This document shows positions 10,284 to 19,484 of a stretch of 64,000 nt of DNA, piece after piece. Source of the DNA: an uncultured delta proteobacterium. Its GTDB lineage: Bacteria; Myxococcota; Myxococcia; Myxococcales; Anaeromyxobacteraceae. The notes under the pieces were generated by a model. That model had not been told where the DNA came from. It saw nothing but the letters and a program-made list of their open reading frames with translations, and searched no databases. Positions within the stretch are counted from its first letter, which is position 1, and every line of letters starts with the position of its first letter. The stretch covers positions 291,166 to 355,165 of the forward strand of contig CAVYBH010000013.1 of the NCBI GenBank assembly GCA_963766715.1. The letters run 5' to 3'. The translations under genes and the position numbers were made by a program.

Positions 10284-12499
10284 GTGACGCCTCGCCCGCT
10301 CCGCCTCGCCGCCGCCCTCGCGGTGGCCACCGTCCTCGGTTGTACCGGCAGTGAAAAGCCGGCGCCGACCGACAACCCGCTGGTCCGGATGCCGGGAACG
10401 CAGGCCGGGCAGGCCGTGCTGGAGAGCTCGTCCAGCTGCTACTCGTGCCACGGCAGCGGGAATGGCCCGTGGGAGCGCTCCACGCCGGACGCGCGGGGCC
10501 GGACCAACTACGAGGAGTACAACCTCTTCCGGGCCTGGCAGGGCTCGATGATGGGCAACTCGGCGCGCGACCCGCTCATGTTCGCGTCCCTCACCGTGGC
10601 CGCCCAGGACTCGCTGCACGTCATCGGGAACGCCGACATCGTCGACCTCTGCATGCGCTGCCACTTCCCGAAGGGGTGGCTCGAGGGGCGTTCCACCCAG
10701 CGGAACGTCTCGGCGATGCGCGGCGACGACTACGACGGCATCCAGTGCAGCTTCTGCCACCGCCTGAGCGACCCGTTCCCGCGCCCGACGGCCGACGGCC
10801 CGCGCGAGGGAGGGACCTTCGCCGTCCAGTACGACGAGCACGACAGCCCGGCGGTCGACCCCGCCGCGCGCTCCACCAACGCCGCGGCGCGGACACTCCC
10901 GGTGGACGTGGAGACGGCGAAGACCATCCACCGCCGCAGCGGCCAGCCCTTCTACGACGGCCTGCTCCCGTTCTCGCGGCCTACGACGAGGCGGCCGGGG
11001 GGCAGTACTTCGTGAGCCCCGACACCCGGATCCGCGGCCCCTTCGCCGACGTGCTCCCCGGAGGCGCCCAGCCGCACGACGCGCTGTACAGCCGCTTCCA
11101 CAAGGGTCCGTACATGTGCGCCACCTGCCACGACGTCTCCAACCCGGTGTTCTCGAACCTTCCGGCCGCGGGTCTCGGCGGCGACCTCCCCACCGAGGTC
11201 AATCCCGCCTACGCGTACACCCACGTCGAGCGCACCTTCTCCGAGTACCGGCTCTCCGCCTACGCCCAGCCCGGCGGCTCCCCGGGCAAGGGGAACTTCC
11301 GTCCCAACACCCCCTCGCGGACCTTCCCGGTGAACGGCTGGGAGACCGACCAGCCCGGCAACGCCATCTCCAAGTGCCAGGACTGCCACATGTGCTCGCG
11401 CTGGACGCCCGGCTCGAACGACGCGACCAGCCCGGTGCGCCCCGAGCAGAGCGAGGAGCACCCGAACACCTGGACGCCCTGCCACGCCATGACCGGCGGC
11501 AACGTCTGGATGTCGGAGATCCTCGCCTCGATCGCCCCGGACAACGCCTCGCCCGACGCCGGAAACGTGCTGCTCCTCGTGAACCGCGCGAAGGACCTCA
11601 CCTGCGACCCGATGCAGGGCACCTGGACGAGCCTCATGCCCGGCAACCTTCCCGCCGGGCAGCGGCCGCCCGACATCGCCGGCGCGCTCACGCTGGCCGC
11701 CACCCGCAACCGGGGCGTGCTCGCGAACGCGGCCTCCGTCTCCGACCTGGCCTACGACCCCGCCACCGGCGCGCTCACCTTCCGCGTCCAGAACAACACC
11801 GGCCACAAGCTCATCTCCGGCTTCCCCGAGGGGCGCCGGATGTTCGTGAACGTGGTGGTCTCCCGCAACGGCGCGGTCCTGCAGGAAGTGAACCCCTACG
11901 ACGCCGCGGTGGGCACGCTGAAGGGGCTCCCCCGCTCGTCGAGCAGCCCGCCGCTCGCGCCGAACGAGGTCCACTCCGACCCGCTCGTCTACGAGGTCGC
12001 CATGGCGAGCAGCATCACCGGGGAGGACCACTCCTTCCACTTCGCGCTGGCCACCAGCCGCTTCAAGGACAACCGCATCCCGCCGAAGGGCTTCGACGTC
12101 GGCGGCGCCGCGGAGCGGATGGTCGAGCCGGTCTGGGACGGCGTCTCCCGGCCCGACTGGTTCACGGCGGCGGAGTACGCGGGCGGCTACGACGAGGTCT
12201 CGCTGGCCGTTCCCGCCGGCGCGACGCAGGTCTCGGTGAAGGTCTACTACCAGACCACCAGCCGGGAGTACGTCGAGTTCCTGCGCGACGAGATCAACGG
12301 GACGGGCCGGCTCACGCTCCCCGCCGCCGCCTACGTGGCCCAGACCGATCCCTTCTTCACCGGGCTCCGCGCCTGGGGCGACACCATCTTCGCGCTCTGG
12401 GAGCACAACAAGGACCGGGACGGCGCGCGCCCCTTCCTGATGGCCCAGGGCTCGTGGTCCGCCCCGTCGCCGGCGGCGGTCCGAACCGGCCGGCGCTGA
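10284..12499 (+). CDS. Multiheme c-type cytochrome lipoprotein (frameshift near 10975)
   Basis: Lipobox VLGC; five CxxCH motifs (CYSCH, CMRCH, CSFCH, CATCH, CQDCH); WQGSMM.NSARDP and GHKL.SG.PEGRR motifs. Confidence 0.85.
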
Positions 12500-12548
12500 C
12501 CCAAACCCGGCCCGGATCCTCCCCCCGAACCCTTTCGCCACCCCCCGG

Positions 12549-12582
12549 CTCACAGGAGGGAAGGCGTGGTTCTCACAGGAGG
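12549..12582 (+). promoter_or_regulatory. Tandem CTCACAGGAGG direct repeat; second copy is the RBS of the peptide gene
   Basis: Identical 11-mers at 12549-12559 and 12572-12582. Confidence 0.45.
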
Positions 12583-12586
12583 AATC

Positions 12587-12688
12587 ATGAAGTTGCTGAC
12601 CAAGGTGAAGAAGTCCTGCTGCACGACCGAGAAGGTCGCGCAGTGCTGCGCCAAGGCCTCCCGGCTCGTGTCGGGTTGCCACGACTAG
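12587..12688 (+). CDS. Cys-rich 33-aa peptide, putative radical SAM/SPASM substrate, copy 1 (MKLLTKVKKSCCTTEKVAQCCAKASRLVSGCHD)
   Basis: Manually translated; AGGAGG SD 4 nt before ATG; paralog at 20154; first gene of the rSAM operon. Confidence 0.85.
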   Translation: MKLLTKVKKSCCTTEKVAQCCAKASRLVSGCHD

Positions 12689-12696
12689 TCGCACCC

Positions 12697-12720
12697 GGGG
12701 CGGGCCTCCGGGCCCGCCCC
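12697..12720 (+). terminator. Perfect 10-bp GC hairpin after the peptide gene (stabiliser or attenuator)
   Basis: GGGGCGGGCC-TCCG-GGCCCGCCCC with only a weak U-tract. Confidence 0.65.
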
Positions 12721-12747
12721 ACCCCTTTCCCATCGAGGTAGAGCGTC

Positions 12748-13086
12748 ATGAGCGAGTTCGTGAAGGAGATCACCCAGGCCGACTTCGAGGCGGAGGTCGC
12801 CCGTTCGACCCTCCCGGTGGTCCTCGACTTCTTCTCCACCGAGTGCCCGCCCTGCGAGGCGCTGGCGCCCAAGTTCGACGCGGTCGCCGATCAGTTCGCC
12901 GGCAAGGCCCGCTTCCTGAAGATCTTCCGGCAGGGCAACAAGGACCTGGCCGTGAAGCTCGGCGTCACCGGCAGTCCCACCCTCCTGTTCTTCCAGGGCG
13001 GGGCCGAGGTCGGCGAGCGGATGAGCGGCGAGGAGATCAAGCGCACCGCCATCAAGGCGCAGGTCGAATCCATGCTGGGCGCGTAG
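12748..13086 (+). CDS. Thioredoxin family protein (CPPC)
   Basis: PVVLDFFSTECPPC, GVTGSPTLLFF. Confidence 0.9.
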   Translation: MSEFVKEITQADFEAEVARSTLPVVLDFFSTECPPCEALAPKFDAVADQFAGKARFLKIFRQGNKDLAVKLGVTGSPTLLFFQGGAEVGERMSGEEIKRTAIKAQVESMLGA

Positions 13087-13094
13087 GGGGATCC

Positions 13095-14042
13095 ATGAGC
13101 GAGAAGTTCGACGTGATCATCGTGGGAGCCGGGCCGGCGGGGCTGTCCGCCGCCATCTACGCGTCCCGCGCGCGGCTGAAGACGCTCGTGCTCGACGAGA
13201 GCATCCCGGGCGGGCAGATGAAGACCACCCACAAGGTCTCCAACTATCCGGGCTTTCCCGAGGACGTGAAGGGCTCCGACCTCGCCAAGGCCTTCTCGGC
13301 CCAGGCCGAGCGCTTCGGCGCGAAGATCCGCCGGGCCGTCGAGATCACGGCGCACGACCTCTCGGGTCCCGTGAAGACCTTCGAGCTCGACGAGGAGGAG
13401 AAGGTCGAGGCCCCGGCGGTCATCATCGCCACCGGCGCGAAGCCGCGCGAGCTGGGCGTGGCCGGGGAGTCGAAGTTCCGCGGCCGGGGCATCTCCTACT
13501 GCGCCACCTGCGACGGGGCCTACTTCGACGGCAAGGAGATCCACGTCATCGGCGGGGGCAACTCGGCGGTCGAGGAGTCGCTCTTCCTCACCCAGTTCGC
13601 GAAGAAGGTCACCATCATCCACCAGTTCGACCACTTCCAGGCCGAGCCGGTCAGCGCCGCAGAGGCCCTCGCCAACCCCAAGATCGAGGTGATCTGGGAC
13701 TCGGAGCCTCGCGCCTTCGTGGGCGAGACGCAGCTCGACAAGCTCCGCATCGAGAACGTGAAGACGAAGGAGGTCCGCGAGCTGGCCACCGACGGCGTCT
13801 TCATCTTCGTGGGCTACGTCCCGCGCACCGACCTCGTGAAGGGGCTCGTGAAGATGAACGAGTGGGGCTACGTCGAGACGAAGGAGGACATGTCGACCGA
13901 CGTCCCCGGCGTCTACGTCGCCGGCGACATCCGCTCCAAGCGCTTCCGCCAGATCACCACCGCCGTCGCCGACGGGACCATCGCGGCGCTGGCGGTCCAG
14001 AAGTACGTGAAGGACCACAAGGACCAAAAGGCGGCCGCCTGA
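13095..14042 (+). CDS. trxB: Thioredoxin-disulfide reductase family flavoprotein (HQFD variant)
   Basis: GAGPAGL, SYCATCDG, GGGNSAVEE, GVYVAGD; HQFDHFQA replaces HRRD. Confidence 0.9.
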   Translation: MSEKFDVIIVGAGPAGLSAAIYASRARLKTLVLDESIPGGQMKTTHKVSNYPGFPEDVKGSDLAKAFSAQAERFGAKIRRAVEITAHDLSGPVKTFELDEEEKVEAPAVIIATGAKPRELGVAGESKFRGRGISYCATCDGAYFDGKEIHVIGGGNSAVEESLFLTQFAKKVTIIHQFDHFQAEPVSAAEALANPKIEVIWDSEPRAFVGETQLDKLRIENVKTKEVRELATDGVFIFVGYVPRTDLVKGLVKMNEWGYVETKEDMSTDVPGVYVAGDIRSKRFRQITTAVADGTIAALAVQKYVKDHKDQKAAA

Positions 14043-14428
14043 TGGGGCTCCTCTCCCGGCTCTTCGGTCCCGGCGCGCCCAAGGTGATGCCGGTGCACGT
14101 CGACGACGCGACCTTCGTCGCCGAGGTGGCTCGGTCCGACGTGCCGGTGGTCCTCGACGTCTGGAGCCCGGGCTGCGGCCCCTGCCAGATGATGGAGCCC
14201 ATCGTCGTGTCGCTGGCCGGCAAGTACCAGGGACGCGTCAAGGTGGCCGAGCTGAACGCCGCCGAGTCGGGCGCCACCGCCGCGCGGCTGGGCGTCATGG
14301 GCACGCCGACCATCCTCTTCTTCAAGGGGCGCCGGGAGGTCGACCGGGTGGTAGGGTTCGTCGGCGAGCGCTACCTCGCGGACGTGGTGGACAACGAGCT
14401 CCTGGGAGTGACCAGTGACCGAACGTGA
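14042..14428 (+). CDS. Thioredoxin (WSPGCGPC)
   Basis: PVVLDVWSPGCGPC; TGATG overlap with the trxB stop. Confidence 0.9.
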   Translation: MGLLSRLFGPGAPKVMPVHVDDATFVAEVARSDVPVVLDVWSPGCGPCQMMEPIVVSLAGKYQGRVKVAELNAAESGATAARLGVMGTPTILFFKGRREVDRVVGFVGERYLADVVDNELLGVTSDRT

Positions 14429-14984
14429 CGGTGCCGGGAAGCCCTTCGACGCGGCGGCTCACCTCGAGTCGCTCTCCCGCGAGGAGCTGATCCGCATCAT
14501 CCAGGACGACGCCAAGAACTGGCTGGCCCACGACGGCCTCTGGTTCCAGGCGGTCGAGGCGGTCCACGGCATGGGACCGGCCATCGACGCCGACCGGGCC
14601 GCCTGGGAGAAGTTCACCGTGGTCGAGGCCCGCCGGATCATGGAGCGGCTCGGCATGGCCCCCGGCGGCGGCATCCCCGCCCTCGTCGAGGCCCTGAAGC
14701 ACCGGCTCTACGCGCGGCTCAACGTGCAGGAGGTCACCGAGCTCTCCGACACGCGCGCGGTCTTCGTCATGCGCGACTGCCGGGTGCAGTCGGCGCGCAA
14801 GCGCAAGGGGCTTCCCGACTTCCCTTGCAAGTCCGTGGGCATCGTGGAGTACTCGGAATTCGCCCGCGCCGTCGATCCGCGAATCCGGACCCGCTGCATC
14901 GCCTGCCCTCCCGATCCCCACGGCGACGACGTCTGGTGCGCCTGGGAGTTCACGCTCGATGAGCCCCGACCCGAAGCACGCTGA
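14415..14984 (+). CDS. DUF6125 family protein
   Basis: KNWLAHDGLWFQAVE, CRVQSAR.RKG..FPCK, C..CPPD, WC.WEF. Confidence 0.8.
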   Translation: MTERDGAGKPFDAAAHLESLSREELIRIIQDDAKNWLAHDGLWFQAVEAVHGMGPAIDADRAAWEKFTVVEARRIMERLGMAPGGGIPALVEALKHRLYARLNVQEVTELSDTRAVFVMRDCRVQSARKRKGLPDFPCKSVGIVEYSEFARAVDPRIRTRCIACPPDPHGDDVWCAWEFTLDEPRPEAR

Positions 14985-15621
14985 GCAGGTCGCCCGCGCC
15001 TCGGCGGTGCGCTACGGCGCGCTCTCCACCACGAAGGAGTCCCTGTCGTGCGGGCGCGCCCTCGACGTGGCCGCGCCCCGGGAGGGCGAGGACGTGATCG
15101 ACCTCGGGTGCGGGCGCGGGGGCGACGTGGCCCGTGCCGCCGATCTCGTCGTGCCCCACGGTTCCGCCACCGGTGTCGACGCGAGCGACCGCATGCTGGC
15201 GGCGGCCTCCGAGGCCCTGGCCGGGCGTCCCAACGCCCGGGTCGTGAAGAGCGACCTCGGAGCGGTCCAGCTCCCCGACCGCTGCGCCGACGTGGTGGTC
15301 TCCAACTGCGCCATCAACCACGCCCCCGACAAGGCGGCGGTCTATCGCGAGATCCACCGGCTCCTCCGCCCCGGGGGCCGCTTCGCGATCTCCGACGTGG
15401 TCTCGGAGGAGACGCTTCCCGACTCGGTCCGGAACGACCCCGCCGCGTGGGCGGCCTGCTACGGCGGTTCGATCCCCGAGGCCGAGTACCTGGCCGCCAT
15501 CGCCGCCGCCGGCCTCCGGGACGTCGCGGTCCTGCGCCGCACCGACCCCTACGAGAAGGGCGGCGTCCTCATCCGCAGCATCACCGTCACCGGGCGCCGT
15601 CCCGGCCTGGAGATCCCGTGA
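14959..15621 (+). CDS. ArsM-like (arsenite methyltransferase-like) SAM-dependent methyltransferase
   Basis: LSCG, DLGCGRG, VSNCAINH.PDK, PGGRFAISDVV, WAACYGG: Cys residues at ArsM-like positions. Confidence 0.78.
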   Translation: MSPDPKHAEQVARASAVRYGALSTTKESLSCGRALDVAAPREGEDVIDLGCGRGGDVARAADLVVPHGSATGVDASDRMLAAASEALAGRPNARVVKSDLGAVQLPDRCADVVVSNCAINHAPDKAAVYREIHRLLRPGGRFAISDVVSEETLPDSVRNDPAAWAACYGGSIPEAEYLAAIAAAGLRDVAVLRRTDPYEKGGVLIRSITVTGRRPGLEIP

Positions 15622-16970
15622 GACTTTCCCGACACGCCATCCTCGCCCCCGTCCCGGGTCGCGACCAGGTCCTCCTCGTGCAGCCCCTCACCGGGCAGGC
15701 CGCGCTCCTCGAGCCGTCGAACGCCCGGGCGCTGGAGGCACTGGGCAACGGTGGAGCGCTTCCGGCCGACCTCCCGGAGGAGACGCTGCGCGAGGCGGGC
15801 TTCGTCGTCGGCTCCGACGAGGACGATCGCGCCTACCTCGAGGCGGCCCGGGCGGAGTGGAAGGTGGAGGCCGCGAAGACCCCCACCCAGCTCGTCGTCG
15901 TCCCCAGCTTCGGCTGCAACCTGGCCTGCACCTACTGCTACCAGGAGCTCTTCGACCCGGCCGCGGCCGGCCTCATGTCGCCTGCCGCGGTCGACGCCTT
16001 CTTCGCCTACGTCGACCAGCACCACGCCCACGAGACTCCCCGCCCCTACGTCACCCTCTTCGGCGGCGAGCCGCTGCGAGACACGCCGGCGCACCACGAC
16101 CGGATCCGGCGCTTCCTCGACGGCGCCCGGGCGCGCGGCATGGAGGTCGCGCTGGTCACGAACGGCAACGACCTCGGGGCCTTCCTCCCGCTGCTCTCGT
16201 CCGGCCCGGTGAAGGAGGTGCAGGTCACCCTGGACGGTCCCGCCGCCCTTCACGACCGGCGTCGCCCGCACGCCGGTGGCGCCGGCACCTTCGACCGGAT
16301 CGTCGCCGGCATCGACGGCCTCGTCGCCGCCGGGATCCCCGTGAACCTCCGGGTGGTCGCCGACCGGGAGAACCTGCCCGCGCTCCCCGAGCTGGCCGAG
16401 TTCGCCGCCGCGCGCGGCTGGCTCGACCTGCCGTCGTCCCGCTTCAAGACCCAGATCGGCCGCAACTACGAGCTCTTCGGCTGCGCCAGCCGGCAGGAGA
16501 AGGGCGCGCTCTTCGACCGGGTCGAGCTGTGGGCGAAGTACGTCGAGCTCTCCGAGGCCCACCCGGTGTTGCGCCGCTTCCACCAGCCCCGCTTCCACGG
16601 GATCGGCCACCTGGCCGACGCAGGCGAGCTCCCCGCTCCCAACTTCGACGCCTGCCCTGCCGCGAAGAAGGAGTGGGCGTTCGGCCCCGACGGCGCCGTC
16701 TTTGGCTGCACCGCCACGGTGGGCCACCCGGAGCACCGGCTCGGCACCTTCTACCCGGAGGTCTCGCGCGACGAGGCCGCCATCGCCCGGTGGCAGGGGC
16801 GGAGCACGCTCTCCATCCCGGCCTGCGAGGGCTGCGCGCTCGCCCCGGTGTGCGGCGGAGGCTGCGGCGCCATCGCCTGGCGCGAGCACGGCACGCCCGT
16901 CGCCCCCGACTGCCGTCCGGTCCCGGCCCTCTACGGCCTGGGCGCCCGCTACTACGACCTGGGGGCGTGA
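15618..16970 (+). CDS. Radical SAM enzyme with C-terminal SPASM domain and N-terminal RRE-like extension
   Basis: CNLACTYC, FGGEPL, QVTLDG; SPASM C...GC...CEGC.LAPVCGGGC...C; GTGA overlap with upstream gene. Confidence 0.92.
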   Translation: MRLSRHAILAPVPGRDQVLLVQPLTGQAALLEPSNARALEALGNGGALPADLPEETLREAGFVVGSDEDDRAYLEAARAEWKVEAAKTPTQLVVVPSFGCNLACTYCYQELFDPAAAGLMSPAAVDAFFAYVDQHHAHETPRPYVTLFGGEPLRDTPAHHDRIRRFLDGARARGMEVALVTNGNDLGAFLPLLSSGPVKEVQVTLDGPAALHDRRRPHAGGAGTFDRIVAGIDGLVAAGIPVNLRVVADRENLPALPELAEFAAARGWLDLPSSRFKTQIGRNYELFGCASRQEKGALFDRVELWAKYVELSEAHPVLRRFHQPRFHGIGHLADAGELPAPNFDACPAAKKEWAFGPDGAVFGCTATVGHPEHRLGTFYPEVSRDEAAIARWQGRSTLSIPACEGCALAPVCGGGCGAIAWREHGTPVAPDCRPVPALYGLGARYYDLGA

Positions 16971-17701
16971 GCGTGAACGGGAGCAGGCCACCGAGCACCC
17001 GCAGGGCTGCCTCGTCTGCGGGGTGGAGCTCGAGTACGCGGTGACCGCCTCGCCCGCCGCGTGCTTCGTCTGCGGCGTCCGGGAGCCGAGCACCGCCAGG
17101 TGCCGGGACGGCCACTTCGTCTGCGACGCCTGCCACTCCGGGCTCGGCGAAGGACGTCATCGAGCGCGCCTGCCGGGAGCACGAGGGCCGCGACCCGGTC
17201 GCGCTCGCCACCTCGCTCATGCGCCACCCGTCGGTGAAGATGCACGGTCCGGAGCACCACTTCCTCGTGCCGGCCGCCCTGCTCGCCACCTGGGCGAACG
17301 CGGCGTCTGCTCCCGACCGGGCCGCGCTGCTCGCCGAGGCCCGGCGCCGCTCGGACACCGTCGTGGGCGGCTCCTGCGGCTTCCACGGTGCGTGCGGGTC
17401 CGGCGTGGGCGTGGGGATCTTCGCGAGCCTGGCCACCGGCGCGACGCCGCGCTCCGGCGCCTCCTGGGGCCAGGCGAACCGCGCCACCGCCCGGGCCCTC
17501 CAGGTCATCGGCGACGTGGGAGGTCCCCGCTGCTGCAAGCGCACCACCTGGCTGGCGCTCCTCTCCGGGGTCCGCTTCGCGCGGGAGGAGCTGGGGCTGG
17601 CGCTCGAGGGGCGTGGCCCCCGCTGCGAGTTCCACGCGCGCAACGACGACTGCCTGGAGCGGGACTGCCCGTTCTACCCCGCCGCCCGCGGCGCCATCTG
17701 A
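16967..17701 (+). CDS. DUF5714 domain Cys-rich protein (frameshift near 17145; start uncertain)
   Basis: CLVCG, CFVCG, C..GHFVCDACH, then MHGPEHHFLVP, CG..GACG, GPRCCKR, C...CPFY. Confidence 0.8.
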
Positions 17702-18255
17702 TCCCTCACGGCCGGGCGGCCCATCACCGTCCGCTCCCAGCGCGAGAGCCGCTCGAACCCGAGCGGCCCCGGCCGCCAGTCGGGCGGCAGCTTGGCCATG
17801 AAGGACGCGAGCGCCAGGTCGGCCGCCGAGAACTCGCCGAGCAGGAAGCCGCTGTCCGCGACCTCGGCGTCCAGGTCCGCCATGGCCCGGCGAACCGCCG
17901 AGAGCCCCTGGACGCGCTCCTCGGGCGACCCGCGCGCGATCTTCATCATGTGCGGCGCGAACAGCGCGTTCATCCGCTCGTAGGCGGCGACGACGGCATC
18001 CCGGCCCGGACGAGCCGGGAAGAGCGGCGGCTCGGGCCAGCGCTGGTCGAGGTATTCCAGGATGGCGAGCGAGTCCGCCACCTTCGCCTCACCGTGGACG
18101 AGGACCGGAACCCCGCCCCGGGGATTCACCTCGAGCAGGGCAGGCGGCTTGCTCCCCAGGTCGACCTCGCGCGTCCGGTAGGGAATCCCCTTCTCGGCCA
18201 GCGCGGCGCGCACCCGCATGCAGTAGGGGCAGGCCCAGGCGTTCCAGAGCTCCAT
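17674..18255 (-). CDS. Glutathione S-transferase family protein (CPYC)
   Basis: CPYCMRVR.ALAEKG, NP.G.VPVL, DSLAILEYLD, FSAADLA. Confidence 0.88.
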   Translation of the reverse strand: MELWNAWACPYCMRVRAALAEKGIPYRTREVDLGSKPPALLEVNPRGGVPVLVHGEAKVADSLAILEYLDQRWPEPPLFPARPGRDAVVAAYERMNALFAPHMMKIARGSPEERVQGLSAVRRAMADLDAEVADSGFLLGEFSAADLALASFMAKLPPDWRPGPLGFERLSRWERTVMGRPAVRDQMAPRAAG

Positions 18256-18265
18256 GTCGCCTCCC

Positions 18266-19435
18266 TCACATTCCCGGCAGTCGCGGGAACTGCTTGCGCT
18301 TGGAGGCCTTGAAGTAGGCGCCCCACCCCTTCTTCATCCAGTGGCCGACGACCGGGAGCGGGATCATCTGCTCCTTCGTCTCGTCCCGGTGCACGTAGGC
18401 GGCGCCGTTTCCCATGTCCATGAGGCAGGTGATCGAGACGTGGGGCAGGTAGCTCTCGCGCTCCGGCCGCCCGGCCACCTCCGCCGCCACGTTTGCCGCC
18501 GCCACCCGGGCCATGACCTCCGCGAGGTGACCCTGCTTGGCGCGCCAGGCGGGGCCCTCCAGGGCAGCCGAGTCCCCCACCGCCCACACTCCCGGGAATC
18601 CAGGGACCGCGCAGCTCCCGTCGATCTGGACGAAGCCCGCCTCGTTGCGCGGCAGGTCGCTCGCGCCGAGGACCGGGTGCCCGCCCTGCGCGGGGATGAA
18701 GACGGTGAGGTCGCTCTCGAGCCTCGACCCGTCCTCGAAGACCACCGGACCGCCCGGGTCGAAGCCCGCGATCTTCTTCCCCACGCGCATCTCCACGCCC
18801 AGCTTGCCGAGCATCTGCTGGATGGCGGCGACGGCCTTCTTCCCCATGCGCTCCCCGGGGCTCGGCATGGGCGCGAAGAAGGCGAGGCGGAACCGGTCGC
18901 CGAGTCCGCGCTTCTGGAGCAGGTGGGCGACGTTGAACATCACCTCGAAGACCGGGCCCCCGCGAACCGCCGAGGGGTCCTTGGGATTGCCCCCGAAGCC
19001 CATGGCGATGGTGCCGCCGCCCTTCGCGAGCAGCGCCTCTAGCGCATCGTGCAGGCGCGACGCGTTCTCCGGGTTGCCGGAGAGGCCGAAGGTGTGCTCG
19101 ACGCCCTTGGGGCGGAGCGGCGTGCCGCCGATGGCCAGCACCAGGTGATCGGCGGAGAGCTCCTCCCCGTCCACCACGGCCGCCCGGCGCGCGCCCGAGA
19201 TCGACTCGACCTTGCCTTGACGGAAGGTGAATCCGTGCCGCCGCGCCACGTCGGCCAGGTCGAGGCAGACGTCGCCGAAGGCCCGCTCGCCCGTCACGAT
19301 CCAGATGGACGTCGGGTAGATCCAGAGGAACGGCCGGTCGGAGACCAGGGTGACGTCGAGGCCGGCCTTGCGGAGGTGGATGGCGGCTTCCAGCCCGGCG
19401 AAGCCGCCTCCGAGGACGAGTGCTTTCTTGGCCAT
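18266..19435 (-). CDS. Sulfide:quinone oxidoreductase-like FAD-dependent oxidoreductase
   Basis: LGGGFAG, AVRGGPVFE, WAVGD, KQGHLA, CLMDMG, C-terminal K..W..YF. Confidence 0.8.
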   Translation of the reverse strand: MAKKALVLGGGFAGLEAAIHLRKAGLDVTLVSDRPFLWIYPTSIWIVTGERAFGDVCLDLADVARRHGFTFRQGKVESISGARRAAVVDGEELSADHLVLAIGGTPLRPKGVEHTFGLSGNPENASRLHDALEALLAKGGGTIAMGFGGNPKDPSAVRGGPVFEVMFNVAHLLQKRGLGDRFRLAFFAPMPSPGERMGKKAVAAIQQMLGKLGVEMRVGKKIAGFDPGGPVVFEDGSRLESDLTVFIPAQGGHPVLGASDLPRNEAGFVQIDGSCAVPGFPGVWAVGDSAALEGPAWRAKQGHLAEVMARVAAANVAAEVAGRPERESYLPHVSITCLMDMGNGAAYVHRDETKEQMIPLPVVGHWMKKGWGAYFKASKRKQFPRLPGM

Positions 19436-19484
19436 GTGGGTGTGAGCCAGTCCGGCCCGGAAAGGGTCGGCCCGGGACGGCCGT

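Noticed and set aside
17117..17137. CDACH in DUF5714 as a heme c site
   Set aside because: No signal peptide; it lies within a cytoplasmic Cys-rich Zn/FeS-like region
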